Positions 1-11,905 of a stretch of DNA of 45,684 nucleotides are shown piece after piece. The DNA comes from Octopus bimaculoides. Lineage: Eukaryota. Numbering within the stretch: the first letter of the stretch is position 1; each line of letters starts with the position of its first letter. The position numbers and the translations under genes were made by a program. The stretch is taken from assembly GCF_001194135.2 (NCBI RefSeq), contig NC_068982.1, positions 62,203,898 through 62,249,581 on the forward strand. Direction: 5' to 3'. A model generated the notes under the pieces. That model ran no database searches. It saw only the letters and a program-made list of their open reading frames with translations, and was not told the origin of the DNA.

Positions 1-48
<48 letters not shown>
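1..48. repeat. (AG)n microsatellite
   Basis: Pure AG dinucleotide run at the window start. Confidence 0.98.
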
Positions 49-50
<2 letters not shown>

Positions 51-52
<2 letters not shown>

Positions 53-420
53 CAAATAAAGAAATAAGAGAGAAAAAAGAATGGATAGGAGATTAGGTTT
101 ATCCGTGGAAAGAAAAGCCTAGGGAAAAGATCACAGTAACCTTGCCCAATAATGTCATGTAGAAAAACACATTACAGTAAGTGACTCTTTTTACCTTTTT
201 TTCTGGTTCATAGGGTTATGCTCAAGGTGGTTCCGTCATTCACACGTGCCATCCTTGCTACATTCACCTGTCTTTTCTTGAAGCATTCAGTAGACAGAAC
301 TTCCCTCTCTACTCTTACCTTCCTCTTCAAGTAATACTTGAAGAAGTTGATGAGAGATTCACCAGAGAGGGAAGTGTTTGTCTCTAGACCTTTCAGACAA
401 AACAAGAAAAGGGAAAAAGG
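51..420 (-). mobile_element. L1/Tx1-like LINE 3' end (ORF2 C-terminus and 3' UTR)
   Basis: Minus frame ends ...SGESLINFFKYYLKRKVRVEREVLSTECFKKRQVNVARMARVNDGTTLSITL* (stop at 208). This resembles Tx1/L1 ORF2 C-termini (recognition from memory). The UTR (GGTTACTGTGATCTTTTCCCTAGGCTTTTCTTCCACGGATAAACCTAAT) recurs at ~37255-37310. Confidence 0.55.
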
Positions 421-904
421 AAAAACAGAAAATAAAGAAGACAGAGAGATAGAAAGGGAAGAGAAAGTAAATTGGGCAACCATAAACAAAAATCTTAAAA
501 TATATAACATGAAAAAGTAAGTAAAATGATTATATAAATAGCTAAATACAGCCAAGTGTTAGAGCAAGTGAAAGAGAGAAAGACAAAAATGTACAATGGG
601 AAGAGATCACATGAGTGGCAGAGAGAGGTAAGAGATTAAAAAAAAATATGAGTCAGCAACATTTTGATTGAAGCGAAAGAAATCATAAAATGAATTTAAA
701 CACAAATATATACTTAAATATGATTAGGGAATAACTCCACTCACGATAAGTGTTCAAAGGTAATTTTCTATATTTTCAAAAAGACTTATTATAAACACGC
801 ATATCTTTTTCTAGGTAAAAATACATACATTCATGCAAGTAGACACATAACCACATGCAGGTATGTACACATGCACACACAGACCCGTCACTTATAATGT
901 ATAT

Positions 905-929
905 ACACATACATACATACATACATACA

Positions 930-963
<34 letters not shown>
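905..963. repeat. (TACA)n microsatellite
   Basis: Direct tetranucleotide run. Confidence 0.97.
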
Positions 964-1017
964 CATGGAGATATAGCATTTAATAAAAAATTATTATCTG
1001 CAAAAGTCAAACATAGT

Positions 1018-1100
1018 CCCTTACAGCTGTTTCAATTAAGCCTAAAAGATTGAATAGCAATTATTAAAATCATTATATTAGGTAAAATCTCTTCGGAGGG
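1018..1100 (-). ncRNA. Type I hammerhead ribozyme variant (U4C, extended stem II)
   Basis: Minus strand reads CCCU-CCGAAGA-[56-nt stem II GAUU...CCUAA...UUAGG...AAUU]-GAA-ACAGCUGU-A-AGGG. Stem I is CCCU/AGGG, stem III is the palindrome ACAGCUGU, and the cleavage triplet is GUA. Confidence 0.65.
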
Positions 1101-1335
1101 GTAGAAAAAATATACTGCTTGGTTTTTATGTGTTATATTTTAGAATCATCACAGCAGACTGAATATTATTTTATGGCTAATATTTGTATATGCCCGGTTA
1201 GGGGGTTATAGGTTGTTTTAGTGTGTAATGGATAATATGTGAATATATTAGGATAATAATGGGTAAATAGATAGAAGTTGAATAGTAAATTGCAGTGAAG
1301 AAGAGTATCATATAAGTGAGGAGATAAATACTTTA
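1018..1335 (-). mobile_element. Penelope-like element 3' end (GIY-YIG C-terminal relic and terminal repeat)
   Basis: Minus frame KTTYNPLTGHIQILAIK*YS resembles the PLE 'PYNPxTGxCxLCxxEK' C-terminus. It is followed by an AT-rich UTR and a hammerhead motif, the usual PLE terminal-repeat arrangement. Confidence 0.5.
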
Positions 1336-1384
1336 GTAAGTTGTTTATAAAATTGAGAGAAGCTTATATAAGAATAATACCTAA

Positions 1385-1490
1385 ACATATATTAAAACCG
1401 GTCAAAATTTCAGCGCGATCGGATGAACAATACTCGAGTTATAAGCGCACAAAAAACAGACAGACAGAATAGGATTTATATATTAGATAA
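1385..1490 (+). mobile_element. Non-autonomous Helitron/HINE-like element end
   Basis: AAATTTCAGCGCGATCGGATG...CGAGTTATAAGCG...ACAGACAGACAGA...TTTATATATTAGAT resembles invertebrate Helitron-derived short elements carrying an internal (CAGA)n tract. Confidence 0.4.
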
Positions 1491-1507
1491 CTTCGCATAG
1501 ATTAGTA

Positions 1508-3345
1508 GTGTTTCCCAAACTTTTTGCGCCAAATTGCAATATCGCCCACCTATCGGTCAAAAAATGCTCCATCGCCCTCCTGTTTTAAAAAAACCGTTAC
1601 AACTCTCCATAACTCCAAATCCCCTAGGAGACCCCCCCCCCCGCTTTGTATCATTTGACATACACACACACAATATCGTAAGCTCGTTACCCGGTTAGTT
1701 CTGTTTGGACTAAATATGCGGTTGTTTACAAATCCGTTATTGTAGGTTTAGTTTTGCCATTAGTGTGAATGAAATTCTAACGTTAACTCCATATTATGCA
1801 GACAGATTAACTTCGGTAAACTTGATATTTCTTTTACACTGATTTTTATTTTCCCCAAATGAACCATAGACCAGAACTACCGATGAAAAAATAATTAATG
1901 ATTGTATTATAAAGGAAAAGAATAAAACTTTTTAATGAGAACCATGTGTCTTGTGCGATGCAGCTAGTGTAGATACATTCGGTTTCAAACTTGTCGACTT
2001 TAGCCGCAAGTCTCTTCGTTGTATCACATCCAGTCCAATTCTTTTATGGGAAAGTAAAGTTCCAGCATGGCTAAAACCAGATTCAAGCAGGCACGCGGTA
2101 GAGAAGGCAACCAAAAGTAATTTCAGACGTTTCTACAGATTGGGGTAGGAATTCAATATACTCTGATGGTACCACAAACGTTCTTTGCCATTACGGTGAT
2201 ATTGCATTGTAGTGTCATTGTCATTTTGTAATTCTACCAATTCCTCCTGAACATCATCCTTGCAATCAACTGCATCGACCTCAAACGGATTGCTATACCA
2301 ATTTGGTATATTCAGCGCAATAACATCTTGAAATTGCTCCACCATGCCTTCGTGCAATGATTGTAAATAGTTGCAATATGTAGTTAAATCCTCATCAACC
2401 AATTCATCTTTCAAAGAATGAAGTTGTGAAAATTGAGGGTATTGACGTTTTGAAATGTTAGTCTTATACAGCACCAATTTCGAAATGAAGTTAGTGATAA
2501 ATGATTTACAATCAACGAGAGTTTTTCTGCTTCCTTGCAATAACTTATTCAAATCATTTAGTTTCGTGACTTTATCACAAAGAAAAAAGATATCGCACCT
2601 TGCAACCATCAGTGAAGTGGATATTGGAGTATCTTCAAAGAAAGATATGATTAAATGAAACAGTTCAACAAAGCGTAAAACACTATTTCCTTTTGACAGC
2701 CACTATACTTCGGTATGGTATAAGAGTTTAATATAGTCCTCATCATTTCTCAGACTTTCATGTTTTGCCACTAAATGCTGCCGGTGTGCCAAGCAATGAA
2801 CAGTTAGTACCTGGTGGGAAATTTCACCCTTTAGGAGAGATGGAGAACCTATGTATCCTCCTATCATCGAAGGGGCTCCAGCAGACGCACAGGCAAGAAT
2901 ATTACTGAGTGGGATGCTACGTTCAAAAGGGAAAGACTTGAGAGTGTGAAAAATAGTTGTACCTTTTGAATCAAGCGGAAATTTCTCAGTGAACAGCATT
3001 TCCTCACAAGGTTGAAGGTCTTCGCTGAAATACCGGACATATACCATCAATATTAATGAGCTGATGTTTGACATCGTTGGCCATTTTATCGATGCGTCGA
3101 GAAATCGTGTTATTACTAAGTGGGATCTTCATAACGTTATCGAATTTATCGTGCATAACAGTTGACAAAACCTCTTCGATAACCGGGCGAAGTAATGTTT
3201 CTCCAATTGTGTGAGACTTCCCAGACTTAGCAGCAAGCAATGCAATGTTGTACAATACAATCAACCCGTCATTCTCCTGTTTACTAGTTTTCTGGAGTAG
3301 CATGCTGAATGTGTTTGCTTTTTGAAAGAGGCGCTCAGTTACAAA
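1508..3345 (-). mobile_element. Decayed hAT (Charlie/SPIN-like) DNA transposon
   Basis: Terminus TAGTGTTTCCCAAACTTTTT at 1508 (CAGTG.TTCCCAAAC-type TIR) with subterminal ATCGCCC motifs, followed by a transposase relic. Confidence 0.85.
1932..3345 (-). pseudogene. hAT transposase pseudogene (ZBED5/FAM200/Charlie-like family)
   Basis: Motifs YNIALLAAKSGKSHTIGE, IPLSNNTISRRIDKMA, VYVRY, ACAS(A)GAPSM, HCLAHRQHL, HTEV*WLSKG, YPNL*, AFSTACLLESGFS and RRDLRL. The track ORFs 2703-3074, 2133-2609 and 1932-2114 share one frame broken by two TAG stops, with a frameshift or deletion near 3050. Confidence 0.93.
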
Positions 3346-3922
3346 AAGTATGACAACAGCTTGTGCGTCTTGTAAGAATGCTTAGCCTCAAAGTGATACC
3401 CCTCATAACTTCTTTTAATTTTTGGAGTTTTCAGAAAATTCTCGAATATTTGTATTCTACACACGGCACTTTATAGGATTATGCCAAAAAAAAAAAAAAG
3501 AGAGAAACTGTGGTGGAGCGTGATTTAAGGCCTAGGCCTACTTCGCTGCTATTTTTAGTACATATAACAACTATCTCAATGTTTTGTTTCTAAAGGAAGG
3601 GGCGCTTATATCAATTTAAATAAAATTACTTAAGGGATAAGGGCGCTCGTGATATCAAAAATAATTCTAGTTAAGGTATAACAGAAGATGATTATTAAAT
3701 AATGATTATGTTACATTTAAATATTTAAGAAGTGTTAAAGTCAATATTTATATATATATATATGTATATTAAATATCTGTTTATATATTTTTCTAGTTAT
3801 AACTTTGCATAGATTTGATTATCAAGAATAAGAACAAATAAAGTAATTGAATAATAGATATGTAATAAGTATAATTTTTTTTTTATCAATTGCTTTTATA
3901 ATGTTATTTTATATTTAGAAAA

Positions 3923-4110
3923 GTTAGTACGCCGGGCGAAATGCTTAGCAGTATTTTGTCTCTCTTTACGTTCTGAGTTCAAATTCCGCTGAGGTCGACT
4001 TTGCTTTTCATCCTTTCGGGGTCGATGAATTAAAATACTGCGGCGATCTAATTGACTGGCCCTGCTCCCCCAAAATTTCGGGCCTTGTGCCTAGATTAAA
4101 AACGAATATT
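3923..4110 (+). mobile_element. tRNA-derived SINE, 5'-truncated (Nin/Deu-like core family)
   Basis: Contains B box GAGTTCAAATTCC and core GTCGACTTTGCTTTTCATCCTTTCGGGGTCGAT. Same family as 38337-38551 and 41280-41512. Confidence 0.85.
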
Positions 4111-4200
4111 TTTAGTTACATTGCTAAACAAGTTCTGTTATATTTATTACTTATTTATTATTCAATTACTTTTTTGTTCTTGTTCTTGATAATCTAATCC

Positions 4201-4345
4201 ATAGCTTCTCAAAGTGAGTGGTATCGCCCACCGGTTGGCGATTTCAACTTACAGGTAGGTGATTGGGCAAAATTCTAGAAAGTGGTGGGTCGTTTGAGAT
4301 TTTGGTGGGCGATGTGAACATTTTGTGGGTGATAAAGAATATTTA
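4201..4345 (+). mobile_element. hAT terminus / MITE fragment
   Basis: CATAGCTTCTCAAAGTG...GTATCGCCC start with repeated GGGCGAT subterminal motifs. 4300-4335 is similar to the reverse complement of ~1540-1580. Confidence 0.5.
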
Positions 4346-4434
4346 GAAATCAAGTCTGCATTTACCTATATCTAGGTATGCCTAGAATAAAGATGCACTT
4401 TTATCGATTTGACTACTCGGGCTTATTTATCGAT

Positions 4435-5311
4435 CGAAATCCCTCGAAGGACAAAATCCCACAGGACAAATTTTACACAGAAATACCAACTAACAGATAT
4501 TTTAAATTTTCTTATAAAATTTCACTTTCTTCTTTTTTTTTTATTTTTATTTTTTTGTATTTTATCTAGTTTCAGCTCACGAGCTGTGGCCATGCTGGGG
4601 CACCGCTATTTGGTGTTGCTACATAATTTTACTTCACGAATGCTTTTAGGAATTGACATTTGGTGCATGAGAGAGTTCGATGCACCTGCCCTCATCTGCA
4701 CCTCCTGCCGCGAAGCTGGTTCATCTGGGACACTTGACTGGAACAGGTCCAGCTTTATTGTGAAGACACCTACATCCACCCATGCAGGTTTCTCAGGTCC
4801 TTCGGGAGGATATTGAAGAGCTGTGAACCTCTGAAGCCCAGGCTATTGCAGTATCTTGTTCTACATCTTGATTGCAAATTTGGAGTCCTTGGCACTATGC
4901 AGTGGCGCCCAGTTCTAGTATTTATGTAACTTTCTATGCCAAAGTTTGGGACAAGTCCTTCAAGGATCTTCCAGATGTATATTATGGCATATCTTTCTCG
5001 CCTACGCTCTAAGGAATAGAGTTTTAATCTCTTGAGTCTTTCCCAATAGCTTATATGCTGCATAGAGGCTATCTTCTTCGTATAGCATCATTGGATTGCC
5101 TCAAGTTCTGAGATTAATTTGACACTGGCTGGTGACCATAGCTGAGTCAAAGTGGCTTAGGACAAGTGGCTTATTCTTAAAATAATTTTGTTGTAAAGAA
5201 AGAACAATATCTCGGGAGATATCGACTGCCGGAGTATTTTGTCCGGGAGATTTTGTGTGGGGAGATTTTCGGTAGGGGGCGGTGTTCTCGGGGGGATTTT
5301 GTTCAGTTCTA
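4435..5311. mobile_element. Possible Mutator-like MITE ends flanking a CR1 insertion
   Basis: GGACAAAATCCCACAGGACAAA on the plus strand at ~4447-4470. The same motif type is inverted (GATTTTGTCC/GGATTTTGTT repeats) at ~5235-5303. Confidence 0.35.
4558..5165 (-). mobile_element. CR1/L2-clade LINE 3' fragment
   Basis: VLSHFD..WSPASVKLISELEAIQ*CYTKKIASMQHISYWERLKRLKLYSLERRRERYAIIYIWKILEGLVPN is a canonical CR1-group RT C-terminus. It is followed by a 3' UTR and a TAAAA-like tail. Confidence 0.92.
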
Positions 5312-5386
5312 GTTAAGCATCTGACACTTATCCACTTCGGTCTTCGAAGGTTTCGTTCAAATATTTGCTACTACATATGTAAACAT

Positions 5387-5644
5387 GGATAAAGCTCCTT
5401 CCCAAGTCATATAGACTCATAGGACCACTTCCCCTGTTTCTGTGGCGTATATATTTCTCTCACACGCCTGGACGAGACGCCAGTACGTCGCAGGATTACT
5501 CACTTTTTTTCAGCTGAGCGAACTGGGGTATCTTCAAATGAAGTGATTTGCTCAAGAACACAACGAACTGCCCATTCAGGAATCAAGATCACAATCTTAC
5601 GATCACGAGTCCAGTCCTCTAACCACTAAGTCACGCGCCTCCAC
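5387..5644 (-). mobile_element. tRNA-derived SINE (Meta-like core)
   Basis: A box TGACTTAGTGG, degenerate B box, and core GTTGTGTTCTTGAGCAA...CCAGTTCGCTCAGCTG shared with 30660 and 31178. Confidence 0.8.
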
Positions 5645-5671
5645 ATACGTATGTACATGTATGCATGTATA

Positions 5672-6437
5672 NNNNNNNNNNNNNNNNNNNNNNNNNNNNN
5701 NNNNNNNNNNNNNNNNNNNNNNNNNNNNNNNNNNNNNNNNNNNNNNNNNNNNNNNNNNNNNNNNNNNNNNNNNNNNNNNNNNNNNNNNNNNNNNNNNNNN
5801 NNNNNNNNNNNNNNNNNNNNNNNNNNNNNNNNNNNNNNNNNNNNNNNNNNNNNNNNNNNNNNNNNNNNNNNNNNNNNNNNNNNNNNNNNNNNNNNNNNNN
5901 NNNNNNNNNNNNNNNNNNNNNNNNNNNNNNNNNNNNNNNNNNNNNNNNNNNNNNNNNNNNNNNNNNNNNNNNNNNNNNNNNNNNNNNNNNNNNNNNNNNN
6001 NNNNNNNNNNNNNNNNNNNNNNNNNNNNNNNNNNNNNNNNNNNNNNNNNNNNNNNNNNNNNNNNNNNNNNNNNNNNNNNNNNNNNNNNNNNNNNNNNNNN
6101 NNNNNNNNNNNNNNNNNNNNNNNNNNNNNNNNNNNNNNNNNNNNNNNNNNNNNNNNNNNNNNNNNNNNNNNNNNNNNNNNNNNNNNNNNNNNNNNNNNNN
6201 NNNNNNNNNNNNNNNNNNNNNNNNNNNNNNNNNNNNNNNNNNNNNNNNNNNNNNNNNNNNNNNNNNNNNNNNNNNNNNNNNNNNNNNNNNNNNNNNNNNN
6301 NNNNNNNNNNNNNNNNNNNNNNNNNNNNNNNNNNNNNNNNNNNNNNNNNNNNNNNNNNNNNNNNNNNNNNNNNNNNNNNNNNNNNNNNNNNNNNNNNNNN
6401 NNNNNNNNNNNNNNNNNNNNNNNNNNNNNNNNNNNNN
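5672..6437. other. Assembly gap
   Basis: N run. Confidence 1.
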
Positions 6438-6507
<70 letters not shown>

Positions 6508-6510
6508 ACA
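6438..6510. repeat. (CA)n microsatellite
   Basis: Direct dinucleotide run. Confidence 0.98.
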
Positions 6511-6517
6511 TTAAGCC

Positions 6518-7140
6518 ATTGACATAAACAGCAGAATTAGAATTTTCGCGGATAACCCTAACCTTCTGAAGGTCGTTGAGAGTACAGGATACCGGATTAA
6601 TCTCCAATCGGATCTGCTCGCTGGTTTCCGATGGGTGGAAAAGCACAATATGCAGCCCAACAAGAATAAATTTGAATTGATCCACTTCCGTCAAGAGGTA
6701 CACTTAAGCTACTATACACTTTTCCCTCAGGCAAAAACCCGTGGCATCAAACACCGCTAGGGACCTCGGAGTTACTGTCGACAATACCTTAAGCTGGTAT
6801 GCCCACAAAACAATGAAATCGACATGGCTTGCAGTGCTTGCTCCTGGATTCTCAAGCTTTTTCGGTCTAGAGACCCTCCTAACATTACTCGTCTCTTCTC
6901 CACCTTCGCCCGTCCTCATCTTGAATACTGTTGTCTGCTGTGGTCTCCCAGCACGAAACAAAATTCTATAAAAACAGAAACACCTCAGATATCGATTAGA
7001 AGGAAAATAAACATGACAGATCTTGATCATTGGGATGGTCTTAGAAACTTGAACTTTATTCCCTCCAAAGCCTTCGCGAGCGCTATATCGTATGTATCCG
7101 TCCTCTACAAAATTCACGCTCGCCTCACATCACGAAATTT
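6518..7140 (+). mobile_element. CR1-group LINE reverse transcriptase fragment (second family)
   Basis: IRIFADN (decayed FADD, 6545-6556), LQSDL..WVEKHNMQPNKNKFELIHF, RDLGVTVDNTLSW and RPHLEYCCLLWSP, with frameshifts. Confidence 0.9.
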
Positions 7141-7603
7141 ATAACTATTTCACCTTATCTGGTCCTCTCTCTTTAACACAATTCCACGACACATATAAGA
7201 AGAAAAAAATCTCGTAACATTCTAACGGTACCGAGACGAATATCTCGAACAAATTCAAGAAAAACTGAAACCACAATACATCTGAATATATCTCTGCAAG
7301 CAATTACTCTTTACCCTACTGGGCTTTGGAGCCCAAAGAATGACTGTATTATGGAACATCATTAAATGTCTTTACCAGGTAGTGCTATTAAGTTAGCCAT
7401 GGCGTGGGCCAATTCTGGCCGAAACTTACCTATATATATAAGCCGTGTGAGTGGATTTAGCTGACGGAAACTGAAAGAAACCTATCGTATATATATATAT
7501 ATATATATATACCAGAGTAAGCACATTAATGTGAAACAAGGTGGAAAAAATAGTACTCGAATACCGGAGGTAGAGTAATATATTTTATTTATGATGACCA
7601 AGA

Positions 7604-7641
7604 CTGTCCGACTAACGGGAATTTGAAACTCCGAGTAACAG
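7604..7641 (+). ncRNA. Degenerate minimal type I hammerhead
   Basis: CUGU-CCGACUA-ACGGGAAUUU-GAA-ACUC-C-GAGU-A-ACAG. Stem I CUGU/ACAG and stem III ACUC/GAGU with a GUA site are intact. The core has U4C and G8U, and stem II is weak. Confidence 0.45.
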
Positions 7642-7672
7642 ATTTTGTGATGCTTATGTAACTTTATTAATA

Positions 7673-8015
7673 NNNNNNNNNNNNNNNNNNNNNNNNNNNN
7701 NNNNNNNNNNNNNNNNNNNNNNNNNNNNNNNNNNNNNNNNNNNNNNNNNNNNNNNNNNNNNNNNNNNNNNNNNNNNNNNNNNNNNNNNNNNNNNNNNNNN
7801 NNNNNNNNNNNNNNNNNNNNNNNNNNNNNNNNNNNNNNNNNNNNNNNNNNNNNNNNNNNNNNNNNNNNNNNNNNNNNNNNNNNNNNNNNNNNNNNNNNNN
7901 NNNNNNNNNNNNNNNNNNNNNNNNNNNNNNNNNNNNNNNNNNNNNNNNNNNNNNNNNNNNNNNNNNNNNNNNNNNNNNNNNNNNNNNNNNNNNNNNNNNN
8001 NNNNNNNNNNNNNNN
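7673..8015. other. Assembly gap
   Basis: N run. Confidence 1.
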
Positions 8016-9500
<1,485 letters not shown>

Positions 9501-10284
9501 AATCCAGCTTTAATGTTTTCATTCTCATTTTCCTTTCTTTCAATAATTTTCAGTTCCAATAAAACGTCAATAATAACTACCATTAAAACCACTACATCAG
9601 AGACGTATTGAGACGTTTAGGAACCTAGCAAATTTCATCGTTCAAACAAAAGGAGCCAACAGGAAAACCTATACGAGGTCACTTCTTCTGCTAGTAATAG
9701 CAGCTAAATCTATTTTAAATCAGGCTTTATGCTCTTAAACAAGGGAAGGACGCATTTGCTTCCATCTTCGTCTTCTATATATCTATCTATCTATCGAATC
9801 CTACCCCTGTGTTAGAGGAGTGTAATTTAGTCTTAGAAATCCATAGAAAAAAAAATTAGGTAATTAGGTAACAGTCTAAATGCCTTTGATCCTTCATTTA
9901 TTCAGTCAGAGCTGACCCTCGGGAAACAACATCCACAAGAAAAACGGTAACAACAACAACAATAATCATATTATCAATAACAACAAATGGAGAGATTACA
10001 GAAAAGCGCTTTCAGAATCATTCAAACTGGATCATATTCGGCAAATTAATATAGCTACCGTAAAGAGTGGTTTATGCTTCGTTAGAGCAGGTTAACTTAC
10101 ACTTGACCCCGATCTGGCGATCTTTCAGTGTTAGTACTTAAAATAGCAATAAAAATGAAAGAAAAGTTCCATTCACCAACAATGAAGTGAAAACACTAAA
10201 TTGCTGTTTCCGATATTTTAATACCTTTCACCTACAAAAAAATAGAAAACAGAGTATAGATTTAACATGCAAATAATAATTCAA

Positions 10285-10388
10285 TTCAACAGCTGTTTCA
10301 ATAGAATAGAAGCATCATCGTTTATATAATTACGTAATTAGCAAGCTTAATTAATTTAGAAGTGATGTGTTGTTCATATCATCAGGAG
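10285..10388 (-). ncRNA. Hammerhead-like relic with long insert
   Basis: Minus strand UC-CUGAUGA-[79 nt]-GAA-ACAGCUGU-U-GA. Both core halves are present in the right order, but stems I and II are poorly paired. Confidence 0.35.
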
Positions 10389-10674
10389 AAAAAAAAAAAA
10401 TGAAAAATGTATCTCAAGATCCCGTTAACGATTTTAATAGAAATGAATCAGAGAGAAGAGTATTCAATGTTTTCAATTGAATTTTTAAAGACCGTGCATA
10501 TATTTTATGTTGTTTTATATATCGAGACAAACAAGTAAGACAAGGTGGGCAAGCGAAAATATACTACTAAAAAACTAGCAAAATATAGAATGGAAAGGAA
10601 GATAAAATATGCCAATAAAAGAAACGCCAAATTGCATGTATTATATTTGTAAAATTGATTTTAGTTAAACTACA

Positions 10675-10780
10675 TAGGCAAATGTATGGCTGTGTGGTAA
10701 GAAGTTTGATTCTCAATCACATGATTCGTTTGACTAAAACCCTTCAAGTGTAGCCGCAGTCCAATGACTGAAACCAGTGC
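10675..10780 (+). mobile_element. Internally deleted SINE (family of 32180-32583)
   Basis: Head ATGGCTGTGTGGTAAGAAG..TCTCAATCACATG joined to tail CCTTCAAG..GCCGCAGTCCAATGACTGAAAC. Confidence 0.6.
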
Positions 10781-11802
10781 AAAAGAGAAAAAAATGGAAG
10801 ATGCTGAAAGAATATTAATGTCTAATCCAAAATACGCATGTCAATGAACGCATTCTGTTTATGGACATGACGCCAACTATTTTACATAGATATCGAAAGA
10901 TCAATCCTGATCTTCTGCCAAAACATAATAGTAGTTTGTAGTTAGAAGAAGAAGAAAAAAAAAACAACAAAGAAAAAGAAAAATCTGTCTAGTTTACCAG
11001 TATGCTAATTTTTATAATGATGTCTGTTAAATAATTGCTAAAATTATTTTTGTATAAAGCACATTTTTGTTTTTAAAGCACATACACACTAGTCTTTTTT
11101 TGTTTTCACGTTTAATGGAAAGAATGTGTGTGCGTGTGTGAGTGTGTGTGTGTGCGCGTGTGTGTGTGTGTGTATGCCTGTAAACACTAATTATATCATT
11201 ACAGAGTCATTGTTGCCATAAAAGACACAAATACATTGTTCTATTACTTATTAGTTTACTTATAATAATGTAACAGTGAAGAATTCATACTTTTAGTAGT
11301 CACGTGGTTCGTCCGTTTTCAGGCGCCTTTAGTATTATTTCATGTTTTTAACTCCATTCGCAACAAACAAAATATACAAAAGGCAAACCAATATTTGTGT
11401 TCATTCTGTCCTAGAGATTTCGAAATTCAGAAGCAATTACAGAATGATGGGTGTCATTAAAAGCGTTGTTGTAGTTAATCAAAAGCCAGCATCCAGTATA
11501 AGGCCCTGTAATATTCTTATTCACTACAGAAGAGAAATGTTTGTCGAAAAGCACCGGAAGAAAACAAAGACATATGTTCTTTGTTCATATCTTAAGCAAA
11601 GAAGTTCTGCTCAACAATGTAGCTTCATTAGTTCGTAAAAGTAAAAATTCTGAGAAATGCAGAAACGCAGAATTTATTTTTCTTCTGTATGCTTCGTCTC
11701 TATCCAGCGGCGCAATGACATGAAAATCATTATCAAGAACAACCGATACTACTTTTCTTCTATCTGTATAATTGTGTACACACACACACACACACACACA
11801 CA

Positions 11803-11838
11803 NNNNNNNNNNNNNNNNNNNNNNNNNNNNNNNNNNNN
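11803..11838. other. Assembly gap within (CA)n
   Basis: N run. Confidence 1.
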
Positions 11839-11870
11839 CAAGCACACACACACACACACACACACACACA

Positions 11871-11905
<35 letters not shown>

